Shown one piece after another: positions 53,723-61,529 of a stretch of 64,000 nucleotides of DNA. The DNA comes from a virus. The translations under genes were made by a program, and so were the position numbers. Position 1 is the stretch's first letter. The number at the start of each line of letters is the position of its first letter. The stretch is from positions 64,001 through 128,000 of IMG/VR virus record IMGVR_UViG_3300031603_000001; one strand, given 5' to 3'. A model generated the notes under the pieces. It was not told where the DNA came from and ran no database searches. It saw only the letters and a list, made by a program, of their open reading frames with translations.

Positions 53723-54261
53723 GTTGCGCCACAGCCGTGCAGCTGTACTACCATTGCAGCTAATGCCTCAGGAATAGTATCCATAGTTGCAGATAGATGC
53801 CATTTGTTACAAGTCACCGTGACATTAGTATTATCAGGACGATTCCCCACGAACACATTAATAACTGGAAGATATTCCATCAATTCCACTACTGTGTACA
53901 CCGGGATAGCCTGAGTAATCAGACCAGCCACTTTCTCGGCATCATGCCTCGTAATAGGATCCCATAGATCACCGGATCCGGGTCTAGGAACATACACGAA
54001 GTACGAGTCCTTAGCATTAGGCATTATACGTGCAAGACTTTTAGCTTCGCTTACACCTCCGGCCGTCATGTGATAGATAGCACTGCCCAGGGATTCCACC
54101 TGTACCGCTGTGCTCATAGCCTGGCGTAAGCCAGTGAGTATAGCTAACTTAAGATGATATTCCTCGTATTCATCTCCGAACGCTTTCGACATAGTCTCAT
54201 AAAGATCTACAACCTTGTCAGCCAGTTCGCTGGCTTCTTGTATCAGTTTGTTATTATCCAC
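53698..54261 (-). CDS. hypothetical protein
   Basis: 187 aa, AGGAG ribosome-binding site with GTG start. Confidence 0.65.
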   Translation of the reverse strand: MDNNKLIQEASELADKVVDLYETMSKAFGDEYEEYHLKLAILTGLRQAMSTAVQVESLGSAIYHMTAGGVSEAKSLARIMPNAKDSYFVYVPRPGSGDLWDPITRHDAEKVAGLITQAIPVYTVVELMEYLPVINVFVGNRPDNTNVTVTCNKWHLSATMDTIPEALAAMVVQLHGCGATWDLYQGV

Positions 54262-54286
54262 GATGATACTCCTGTATCTAAATTTT

Positions 54287-54378
54287 GATCCAAGGGGAGA
54301 GTCGAACTCACCGACCGGCGTCTACGACGCTGCTCTGCCACAATGGTCAGCTGATGCCATCACTGAGCTACTTGGATC
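54287..54378 (-). ncRNA. tRNA-scaffold RNA 4 (hairpin inserted in D loop, 3-nt anticodon loop)
   Basis: Perfect 8-bp acceptor GATCCAAG/CTTGGATC; GCTC/GAGC; GCGTC-GTA-GACGC; TTCGACT T loop. Confidence 0.75.
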
Positions 54379-54646
54379 GACGGGACGTGACCATAGGTCG
54401 GCCCCCGAAGTTTCTAGGAACCGGGTTTAGGTTCTTAGTACTCTTTGGGACTTCATCATCCGTCATGACGTTAGAGACCTCTGCATACTGCAACCGCAGT
54501 TCTGTACCAGCATGCCTCTTACGTGAATTCTTTAAAGCCGCGAGAGCTGTGCCTCTATTGAAGCCATACACCTTCTTAAGATGCCATACCCCTACATGTT
54601 TCATTTCAATCCAGTACACTTTGCTTGAATGAGCCTCGATTATCAT
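54368..54646 (-). CDS. hypothetical protein
   Basis: 92 aa; the 3' end overlaps tRNA-scaffold RNA 4. Confidence 0.5.
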   Translation of the reverse strand: MIIEAHSSKVYWIEMKHVGVWHLKKVYGFNRGTALAALKNSRKRHAGTELRLQYAEVSNVMTDDEVPKSTKNLNPVPRNFGGRPMVTSRRSK

Positions 54647-54779
54647 TCGAGTAAGAAGTTTTTAAGCTTTTTGCTACGAATACCTCTCACCGCGGCGGCG
54701 AAGGTCGTTTGCCTACCATCTTCGCTATAAAGTAATACTACTGTAAATAAACCCCTTTGGTCTATTGTTTCAAGTTTAA

Positions 54780-55217
54780 TCATCGAAGAATACCAGACAT
54801 GTCTCTATCTGTTTCATTAGTGAGTGTTAAACATTTTGCATGATCAATGTGTACGTACTTGGGACTAACCCAAATAACTTTATCATTAAACACTACACCC
54901 AATTTGATCTTCTCCATTACGTAAGGCCCACCTGTGATGGGATCCAAATGTATATTATGACGCTGTACGGCGATACTCTGTGAGAATTTAGGTACAACTG
55001 TAGTTATAACGGCACCTGAATAGGATGCTTCTACATTTTTCCAATCGGCGTCGTGTATCTTTTGACCGTATTTCTTCCCTAGTATAAGCCAGGTAAGCTC
55101 ACCCTTAGCATTCATGCTAACGGACCATTCTCCGTCCTTAAGGCCGGAGATATAGGTTTCAAAGATTAAATATTCTTCGGATTCTACTATTAGTTTTGGT
55201 GTATTACTCATTACCAA
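54780..55217 (-). CDS. hypothetical protein
   Basis: 145-aa ORF in chain. Confidence 0.65.
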   Translation of the reverse strand: MVMSNTPKLIVESEEYLIFETYISGLKDGEWSVSMNAKGELTWLILGKKYGQKIHDADWKNVEASYSGAVITTVVPKFSQSIAVQRHNIHLDPITGGPYVMEKIKLGVVFNDKVIWVSPKYVHIDHAKCLTLTNETDRDMSGILR

Positions 55218-55495
55218 TCCATTCCATTTGATTTAATAGAGGCTATGCCATGTAGGCATGCGACTGCTACGTCCGTGAGCTCTTTCTCGACATTGTCGAT
55301 ATCATTGCTCTTGACGGTGTCTACGAGTTCATAGAACTCTTCAGTGACTATGCCTAAGATTTCGTGAGAGGACGCACAGATGTGCGGTCCCTTCTCCTGG
55401 AGCCTGCGGATCCACTCTTCGTAGATCTTCTTATGTGTTTCATTTATTAAACGAGGGGTAACTTCAGGACGTTCCATTAGTATCTTCCTTATCAC
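55211..55495 (-). CDS. MazG-like NTP pyrophosphohydrolase-fold protein
   Basis: EEFYEL...EKELTDVAVAC all-helical pattern. Confidence 0.7.
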   Translation of the reverse strand: MIRKILMERPEVTPRLINETHKKIYEEWIRRLQEKGPHICASSHEILGIVTEEFYELVDTVKSNDIDNVEKELTDVAVACLHGIASIKSNGMDW

Positions 55496-56198
55496 AGTTA
55501 ACTAGGGGATCGATGATAGCATCGAGTATCTCGAACCGTGGTTTAATGTCGACACGTTGTATGATAGTCGACCTTACGAACTTAGTAATATAAGTCCCAT
55601 TCTTTCCCCGTTCGGAGATATCATGGGCCCATCGTAAGCCCTTGTCATGTAACATATCGTGCATAGCCTCTTGGTTCTTACCATGCAATTGCTTCTGAGA
55701 GTAATTAGCCTGGGCGTACATCTGTACAGAATTACGTTCCCAGTCTTTAGCTCTCCATAGGAAGTAATTAGTAACTTCTTCCCGCGGTACATTGAACGCA
55801 CGTGCATCGAAGCATGCTATTTTACCATTATCAATGTTTTCATAGGCTTCTTTAGCAAAGTAGGCAGTCATCATACTGGCTAGTACAGACTCGATCTTAT
55901 TCTGAACATATCCAAAATAAGCATCAGTATCGTGAGTAGCATAATCTGTTAACAGAATAGATACTTCATCACTTTGTACGAAAGCGAGTTGAAATCCCTG
56001 GATTTGTCTACACATGTTTTGCGCAGCAATAGCCATTGAACTCATAAATGGTTCATGGAACATTGGCATACCTCTGGTGTACGAGTGGAATGCTTTTCCA
56101 TCTAATCTGACGATAACAGGCATCCTACGAATAAGCTTGTGTTTTGCACGCTTCTCGTAGTTCTCCTTCATACGATCGCCAAGGCCTGTCTTATCCAA
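55464..56198 (-). CDS. thg1: Thg1-like tRNA(His) guanylyltransferase / 3'-5' polymerase
   Basis: VRLDGKAFHSYT, FVQSDEVSILL, FDARAFNVP, NYFLWRAKD..RNS. Confidence 0.92.
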   Translation of the reverse strand: MDKTGLGDRMKENYEKRAKHKLIRRMPVIVRLDGKAFHSYTRGMPMFHEPFMSSMAIAAQNMCRQIQGFQLAFVQSDEVSILLTDYATHDTDAYFGYVQNKIESVLASMMTAYFAKEAYENIDNGKIACFDARAFNVPREEVTNYFLWRAKDWERNSVQMYAQANYSQKQLHGKNQEAMHDMLHDKGLRWAHDISERGKNGTYITKFVRSTIIQRVDIKPRFEILDAIIDPLVNCDKEDTNGTS

Positions 56199-56274
56199 TG
56201 TCCCATTTGGGATATGAAATCCCCATCAAGACGGGTGCAATCAATAAACTCTTTTCTTCTTCAGACATGGTTTA

Positions 56275-56619
56275 CTATTTTCTCCATTTTAATACTCTAA
56301 GTACAAGTTTCTGAATCTTATTAAACTCAGGGGGATTAGGATCATCGAAATCATCGATGTATTCCCAGGGTGAGCCTATACTCTCCTCTTGCCCATCAGC
56401 ACGAATAGCTAATAGATAGAAATCCTCATCTATTAAGATGAGCTTCTCTACCGCGTCGACTATAGGGTCCCCGGGTGGCCAACGCCACTCCTCTAGTTCC
56501 CCAAAGATCCTACCTTTACGATATTTGATTGAATCCCAATCACTCTCAGGTATGATTTCAAATAGATCACGCTTATAATCTTGTGTGACACCTATTTGTA
56601 TATGATATTTATCAGACAT
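56275..56619 (-). CDS. hypothetical protein
   Basis: 114-aa ORF. Confidence 0.6.
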   Translation of the reverse strand: MSDKYHIQIGVTQDYKRDLFEIIPESDWDSIKYRKGRIFGELEEWRWPPGDPIVDAVEKLILIDEDFYLLAIRADGQEESIGSPWEYIDDFDDPNPPEFNKIQKLVLRVLKWRK

Positions 56620-56663
56620 TCGTACCCTAACTTAGTATCAGGACTAAAGCGAGTACTAATAGC

Positions 56664-56918
56664 TCATATAGCTTCATCAATAGCCACGAGACGATCAATC
56701 TCGATCTCGAACTCATGATTACGTTTACTATTAGAGTAAACTCGAGCTGTTCCGAACTTCAACTTCACCTGGGCGAATTGAAAGTTAGAATTAGCCTCTA
56801 TCTCCTCGGCGAACACCCTATCTAGGTATTCAGTTACCGAAGGGTAATCAAACTCAAGACCATAGAACTTATCCTCAATATGATCTTTATACTTTTCGTT
56901 AAATTCTAATTCAGTCAT
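56664..56918 (-). CDS. hypothetical protein
   Basis: QVKLKFG..RVY motif common in small phage proteins. Confidence 0.65.
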   Translation of the reverse strand: MTELEFNEKYKDHIEDKFYGLEFDYPSVTEYLDRVFAEEIEANSNFQFAQVKLKFGTARVYSNSKRNHEFEIEIDRLVAIDEAI

Positions 56919-57397
56919 ATAACAGTACCTATTAAAATAGTAATACCAATTACTACGAATGCCCAGATCTTTTTACCAGTAAACCATGGGATGTTGTAGC
57001 CAAGTATGTGCCACTTCCATCCAGTTTCTTTGTACATAGTAAGACTACATACATAATTCAAACTAGCTTCGTATAAGAATAATCCGATAAACCATGCTCC
57101 GATACCAGGCCAAAAGGCCGATGGCCCTATTAACATGGCGAGCATTACCGCTCCCCAGATGCCAACGTTTTCGAGTATTCTCCAAGCATGATAATCCATC
57201 AAACCATTATGCGCAGCGTTTGGATGAATCAACTTATTGAACAGTCTTTGTTTCTGACCTGCCCAGGTATAGCCTTCGGTAACTCCTTCAGCTAACCAGT
57301 ACAGTATTACTGCTAATATAAACGATATCATTAATATCATATACATTTCCTTATTTTGATATAACGTTAGTACCGAGAACAGGAGTCGAACCTGCAT
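56915..57397 (-). CDS. multi-TM membrane protein
   Basis: Four hydrophobic segments; real start probably downstream of the tRNA fragment. Confidence 0.65.
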   Translation of the reverse strand: MQVRLLFSVLTLYQNKEMYMILMISFILAVILYWLAEGVTEGYTWAGQKQRLFNKLIHPNAAHNGLMDYHAWRILENVGIWGAVMLAMLIGPSAFWPGIGAWFIGLFLYEASLNYVCSLTMYKETGWKWHILGYNIPWFTGKKIWAFVVIGITILIGTVI

Positions 57398-57422
57398 AGG
57401 AGTTACCCCACTGGATCCTCAG
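57371..57422 (-). pseudogene. 3' half of tRNA-Leu(GAG)
   Basis: CT-GAG-GA loop, TCCAG, variable arm TGGGG-TAAC-TCCTA, GCAGG-TTCGACT-CCTGT, TCTCGGT-A; no adjacent 5' half. Confidence 0.75.
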
Positions 57423-57428
57423 TATATG

Positions 57429-57509
57429 TACCACTGGAGGGAGTCGAACCCCCACGCACTTAGCACTGCGCCCTAAACGCAGCGTGTCTACCAGTTTCAC
57501 CACAGTGGC
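57429..57509 (-). tRNA. tRNA-Leu(TAG)
   Basis: GCCACTG/CAGTGGT; CTGCG-TTTAGGG-CGCAG; variable arm; T arm; no encoded CCA. Confidence 0.9.
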
Positions 57510-57517
57510 ATATTAAC

Positions 57518-57768
57518 TATACGGGTCCGATTTGATACGGACACCCACTTTTACCTCCGCCCGACGAATACACGTCTTTGCTACTGTTTTCACTATTAGT
57601 CCCTTCATAGGGAACATCCTGCTTCTGCCAGTTTGGGGCTCTCGGTCACCGCGGCTAGACGTATCATAGAGCAACTATGAATTGCGCTACTTAAATCTGT
57701 GGGCTCACAAGCCATGAGAGGGGTTACTTACCGCACGGCCAGCCGGCCTAACGCTTACCCAACCATAT
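57518..57768 (-). ncRNA. candidate ~250-nt structured RNA
   Basis: ORF-free stretch with several hairpins, terminal ATATGG/CCGTAT pairing and a T-arm-like GTCCG-TATCAAAT-CGGAC. Confidence 0.45.
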
Positions 57769-57776
57769 GTTAATTC

Positions 57777-57995
57777 TTATTGATAATACAAAGCATCATA
57801 CTTTGATATATTCAAACTAAATCCAAGTACATCGTGGAAAAACCTACACGCACTACTAAATGGTGGCAACCCGGGATACATCCCATCCGTATCCAGTGCC
57901 TGGCTGACATCCGTCGTCCAGTACACGTGTAACTTATCAATAGTATCATTATGTATGAAGTATTTCATGTCGTACCAAATCTTATAGGCTTTCAT
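57777..57995 (-). CDS. hypothetical protein
   Basis: 72 aa, GGAG ribosome-binding site. Confidence 0.55.
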   Translation of the reverse strand: MKAYKIWYDMKYFIHNDTIDKLHVYWTTDVSQALDTDGMYPGLPPFSSACRFFHDVLGFSLNISKYDALYYQ

Positions 57996-58070
57996 TACTC
58001 TCCGTAGTACTGCCAGTCATCCTGTTTTAGGATGACGGGCAATCACTTTATATGCTATTATTTCATGTAT

Positions 58071-58146
58071 GTGCCGTAAAATGGATTCGAACTCACATAC
58101 TCCCGTTTTGCACGCGGACGCCTGCCCAATCCAGCCATCTAGACAG
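58071..58146 (-). pseudogene. degenerate tRNA-Cys(GCA)
   Basis: GT-GCA-AA loop and TTCGAAT present, but acceptor, anticodon and T stems carry mismatches or bulges; ends approximate. Confidence 0.6.
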
Positions 58147-58166
58147 ATTTCATAGATCCTGGTCTA

Positions 58167-58772
58167 TTAGTATGTATCTCCGAAACAAATAGTGATATCC
58201 TCGTTCAACATGTCCAGGACTTTAGAACCGCCCTTGACAAAGATCTCTGATAAATCACTTCTCATATGCCAAACATTTAGTATACGATTCATTATAAGTA
58301 AGCGAGCCGTAGCGTCAGACGTAGCTATAGCTTTGGTAGCTAACTCAAGTAAAGGACTAAGACCATAGTCAGATATAAATACCTGACGATCAAAATCATA
58401 AAACTGGAAACATTGAGGATCATACCACGCATCGTGCCAGTCCTCTACTTGTTTCGAAGTTAAATTAAAGTATTCCTCGGGATTAGTTTGAGTATGGCCA
58501 GCTAGTATAGTATTAGCATTGAGTTTAGCTATATTCCACAAAGACCTCTCGATAACCTTATGGACTTGTTTCTCATGACCATGCTGTAACACACCTACGT
58601 ATGAATACTGACGGAACAATCTTTGCAGAATCAAAGGATTTACAGGCCTCATTGGCATGTAACTCTTCTCTAATACTTTCTCCCGCAGTGCTTCCTTAAT
58701 AGGTTCTTCATATTGCTCGATCCAATCCCACATCGCATCATGATTCACGATGCTTGATGATAACTTCTTCAC
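58167..58772 (-). CDS. hypothetical protein
   Basis: 201 aa; SDYG..PL...H.RSDL...F..GG motif. Confidence 0.7.
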   Translation of the reverse strand: MKKLSSSIVNHDAMWDWIEQYEEPIKEALREKVLEKSYMPMRPVNPLILQRLFRQYSYVGVLQHGHEKQVHKVIERSLWNIAKLNANTILAGHTQTNPEEYFNLTSKQVEDWHDAWYDPQCFQFYDFDRQVFISDYGLSPLLELATKAIATSDATARLLIMNRILNVWHMRSDLSEIFVKGGSKVLDMLNEDITICFGDTY

Positions 58773-58902
58773 TAATAAGATACGCTATGACCTCGTCGTT
58801 TCTCTATCACTACATGTGATATAAACCAGATTAGCATTGAGATTAACCCCATAATAAGTCATGTTTGGACTTTTTGTATGAGGGTTAAATGTGACAGATT
58901 TA

Positions 58903-59217
58903 TCATGCTTCGCCTGCCTCTTCGAGTTCTTCTTGATTAAAGTTCCAGAGCTTTTTCTTCATATCCTGAAGTCTACCCTGAGCTACGTGTTCCTCCGTAT
59001 AAGGTTCTCTGCTAGCGCGTAGTTCGTCGAGCTTTTCCTTAGTAGGATCAACGAAGTCAGCTCTAACTGAGGTTATTCCTACGTAATAACCACATGTTAT
59101 TGAACAACATAAGTAATCTTCTACTGCTCTAAAGCAGTCTTTAGTTATACATTTATATTCCATAGCGGGGCGTACGAGATTTGAACTCGTGGTTTCTACC
59201 TTGACAAGGTAGTGCAT
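58903..59217 (-). CDS. hypothetical protein
   Basis: Track start overlaps the 3' end of tRNA-Asp, so the true start is probably ATG near 59163. Confidence 0.55.
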   Translation of the reverse strand: MHYLVKVETTSSNLVRPAMEYKCITKDCFRAVEDYLCCSITCGYYVGITSVRADFVDPTKEKLDELRASREPYTEEHVAQGRLQDMKKKLWNFNQEELEEAGEA

Positions 59218-59241
59218 TAAGCCGGATTATGCTAACGTCCC
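59166..59241 (-). tRNA. tRNA-Asp(GTC), copy 1
   Basis: CTACC-TTGTCAA-GGTAG; ACGAG-TTCAAAT-CTCGT; acceptor has one A-C mismatch; no CCA. Confidence 0.85.
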
Positions 59242-59246
59242 TTAAA

Positions 59247-59480
59247 TCATACACTATTGAGTTTGTCCATCTGGAGCTTACTCCATCTAGACATGTACTC
59301 ATTTATATCAAGCGTCTCTGCTGGATCTTCCTCAGGCTGAGTAATAGCCCAGGGATCAAACACAGAGGTACCTACTTGTTCCAATGTAATTGGATTTGCA
59401 GGAAAACACATGAGGTCTATTTTAATAACCTTAACGAGATCTTTATACCTCGACATGATGTAATTCCTCTTTACCTTCAC
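59247..59480 (-). CDS. hypothetical protein
   Basis: 77-aa ORF. Confidence 0.5.
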   Translation of the reverse strand: MKVKRNYIMSRYKDLVKVIKIDLMCFPANPITLEQVGTSVFDPWAITQPEEDPAETLDINEYMSRWSKLQMDKLNSV

Positions 59481-60147
59481 GTATTACACGAATACTCAGT
59501 GCACGTGCATGTTTGACCTTCTCATCGTCGTACCAACCGCGGTTATCATAACCTAGGTATGCGTACAACGGACCGTTACGGTCGTAAAGCTCATCATCAA
59601 TGGCTTCAATCTGGCGCCATATGACTTCATCAGATATACGGTAATGTGTTACCATATAAGGTTGAATCTTAAGTGCAAATCTCCATTGCTTATCTATTAT
59701 CCAGCGATGGGTAATACCAAAACGTTTAGAATGACTATACGATTTGAAGAAATACTTCTTTAAATGTTCAGGTACTTTATTGTAATCACGTTGTGATAGA
59801 GATTTGAGTACTTGAATAGTGTTAGTCTTAGTCTTAGGACGATTACGATAATGACGTCTGAACTTACTTCCCTTTACAGGTTTGATATGAGTAAAGCTTT
59901 TATCCCGACTGTACGTAGTGTGATTCACATACTTAAGTAGCTCTGTAAAGATAGCCGCCTGGCTGCTGCGTAGAACATCGTCCCGTACAACAAAGAACCG
60001 TTCGTACCCAACTTGTTCTGGTTTGTCTAGAATAATCCAATGTATGGATTTACTGTATTCTTTACGTAAGACTTTCTCGTTCTGCCGTAGGGTGTTAACT
60101 CTTGCTTCACGACTCTTATGAGTAGCTTGCCGTTCTAGCCTACCCAT
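59443..60147 (-). CDS. basic hypothetical protein
   Basis: 234 aa, K/R-rich, possibly nucleic-acid binding. Confidence 0.7.
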   Translation of the reverse strand: MGRLERQATHKSREARVNTLRQNEKVLRKEYSKSIHWIILDKPEQVGYERFFVVRDDVLRSSQAAIFTELLKYVNHTTYSRDKSFTHIKPVKGSKFRRHYRNRPKTKTNTIQVLKSLSQRDYNKVPEHLKKYFFKSYSHSKRFGITHRWIIDKQWRFALKIQPYMVTHYRISDEVIWRQIEAIDDELYDRNGPLYAYLGYDNRGWYDDEKVKHARALSIRVIREGKEELHHVEV

Positions 60148-60449
60148 TAAGCTGCAATCTTTATAATACGAGGCCAGCCTTCGGCTTCTGTATTTGATTT
60201 ATTATCAACTACAGCTAAGGGTCCCTTCCGTCGCCAGAAGCGAGCAGGCGTATGTGCATCGCCCTCTCTATGCCAATATTTGCCTATACCACTAAGTTCT
60301 ACTTCTAATCCAAATTGAGTTTGTTCCTCTGCTTCGTTGAACGCAGCAATGGTGAATTCTGTAAACTGAACCTTACCATTCCTATCTTTATGAATTACTG
60401 GCATAATATCCTCTATAGTTTTAGACTCCGGAGGGCATCGAATCTCCAT
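60147..60449 (-). CDS. hypothetical protein
   Basis: 100-aa ORF in chain. Confidence 0.6.
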   Translation of the reverse strand: MEIRCPPESKTIEDIMPVIHKDRNGKVQFTEFTIAAFNEAEEQTQFGLEVELSGIGKYWHREGDAHTPARFWRRKGPLAVVDNKSNTEAEGWPRIIKIAA

Positions 60450-60498
60450 ACAATTAAGCGACGACGTTTAAAGCCGTTGCGTCTACTTATACAATAAT

Positions 60499-60540
60499 TA
60501 TATGCAGATTGAGTCCTAACTAGGTCTCAATCTGCATAAT
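60499..60540. repeat. 13-bp perfect inverted repeat (hairpin)
   Basis: TATGCAGATTGAG (60501-60513) / CTCAATCTGCATA (60526-60538). Confidence 0.85.
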
Positions 60541-60565
60541 TCTTATCCGAAGACTGATTGACCTT

Positions 60566-60793
60566 CTAGGTTCGTGTCTCCGGCATCTGAAGCCATGTAA
60601 CGAGTGACATAGCCCATTTGTACTCTTCCCAGCAACAATAGTTCCATACACTCTCACTATTGTGATTTGGTATGTATCTATTTATAGCGGTAAGGTATTT
60701 GTATAATATAGATTTAGAATGCGGGTCGACACCCGGGCGACTAGGGTTGCTGGAATTGGGTGTAGTCCTCACCAGCGTTGTCTTACCGGTCAT
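60566..60793 (-). CDS. hypothetical protein
   Basis: 75-aa ORF with AAGGGA upstream. Confidence 0.4.
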   Translation of the reverse strand: MTGKTTLVRTTPNSSNPSRPGVDPHSKSILYKYLTAINRYIPNHNSESVWNYCCWEEYKWAMSLVTWLQMPETRT

Positions 60794-60994
60794 TCCCTTT
60801 TCAGGGACAGTGAGCGGCGTGCATGTTTATACCGTATCTCCTTAGGATGGTGTCATTCGAGGCTACCCTCTTCCTACACTCAGTGCTAAGCACGATCCTA
60901 AATCTATAAAGGTCAGTACGAATGATTCGTGAACAGGCTCATTCAGGCCTTTATACGGCTGATCCATCAGTGTGTACTATCACGATGGGCCCAG

Positions 60995-61066
60995 CGGGGC
61001 GGACGGGGCTCGAACCCGTAACTTCCAGGTTGACAACCTGGTGCTCTACCATTGAACTACCGCCCC
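60995..61066 (-). tRNA. tRNA-Asp(GTC), copy 2
   Basis: GGGGCGG/CCGCCCC; CCAGG-TTGTCAA-CCTGG; canonical D and T arms; no CCA. Confidence 0.92.
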
Positions 61067-61100
61067 AGATCTAGTGATTTTGTCACGGGGTCAAACATAT

Positions 61101-61231
61101 TATGAGCGACCGGATTCGAACTGGCGCACCTAGCTTAGATTATAGTGTGAGGTAGGTACCGTAATTCACACCTCTTACTAGTATATGACCGGGATTATGT
61201 TCCCGCGCTCTACCAATTGAGCTACACTCAC
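61101..61231 (-). ncRNA. tRNA-Met(CAT)-like RNA with 6-nt anticodon loop and ~60-nt variable-region insert
   Basis: GTGAGTG/CGCTCAT; GCTC/GAGC; CGGGA-ACATAA-TCCCG; TTCGAAT. Confidence 0.75.
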
Positions 61232-61238
61232 AATTTTG

Positions 61239-61313
61239 TACGCCAGGTAGGAATTGAACCCACGACCTTCCCGTCCGTAGCGGGGCACTCTATCCAGACT
61301 GAGCTACTGGCGC
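61239..61313 (-). tRNA. tRNA-Arg(ACG)
   Basis: GCGCCAG/CTGGCGT; CT-ACG-GA loop; no CCA. Confidence 0.92.
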
Positions 61314-61529
61314 ATATATGCAGATTGAGATTTAGTTTGGACTTGCTCCAGGCAGCGGCACTGGTGTTACCCACTTCTGCTACCCTTGGCGTACCTTGTT
61401 ACATTCTGGATAGTTAACATCCCCAGAGCTACAATGATCGTGATCTCGGTTTTCCCGTGCTTACGACACTTATACCTATATCTGCATAGTTTTATCTAAT
61501 TGACTGGTTGACCTTTTACTTAAAAGGTC

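Noticed and set aside
57518-57768. tmRNA or RNase P RNA
   Set aside because: No Ala-type acceptor with CCA, no plausible tag peptide ending, and no GAGGAAAGUC/P4 motifs.
52948-58800. 12-bp repeat ATGACCTCGTCG near 52.95 kb and 58.79 kb
   Set aside because: Many 12-bp matches are expected by chance in 64 kb.
60900-60990. Hammerhead ribozyme (CTGAATGAG / CTGATGG)
   Set aside because: The core is imperfect and there is no properly placed GAAA or stem III.
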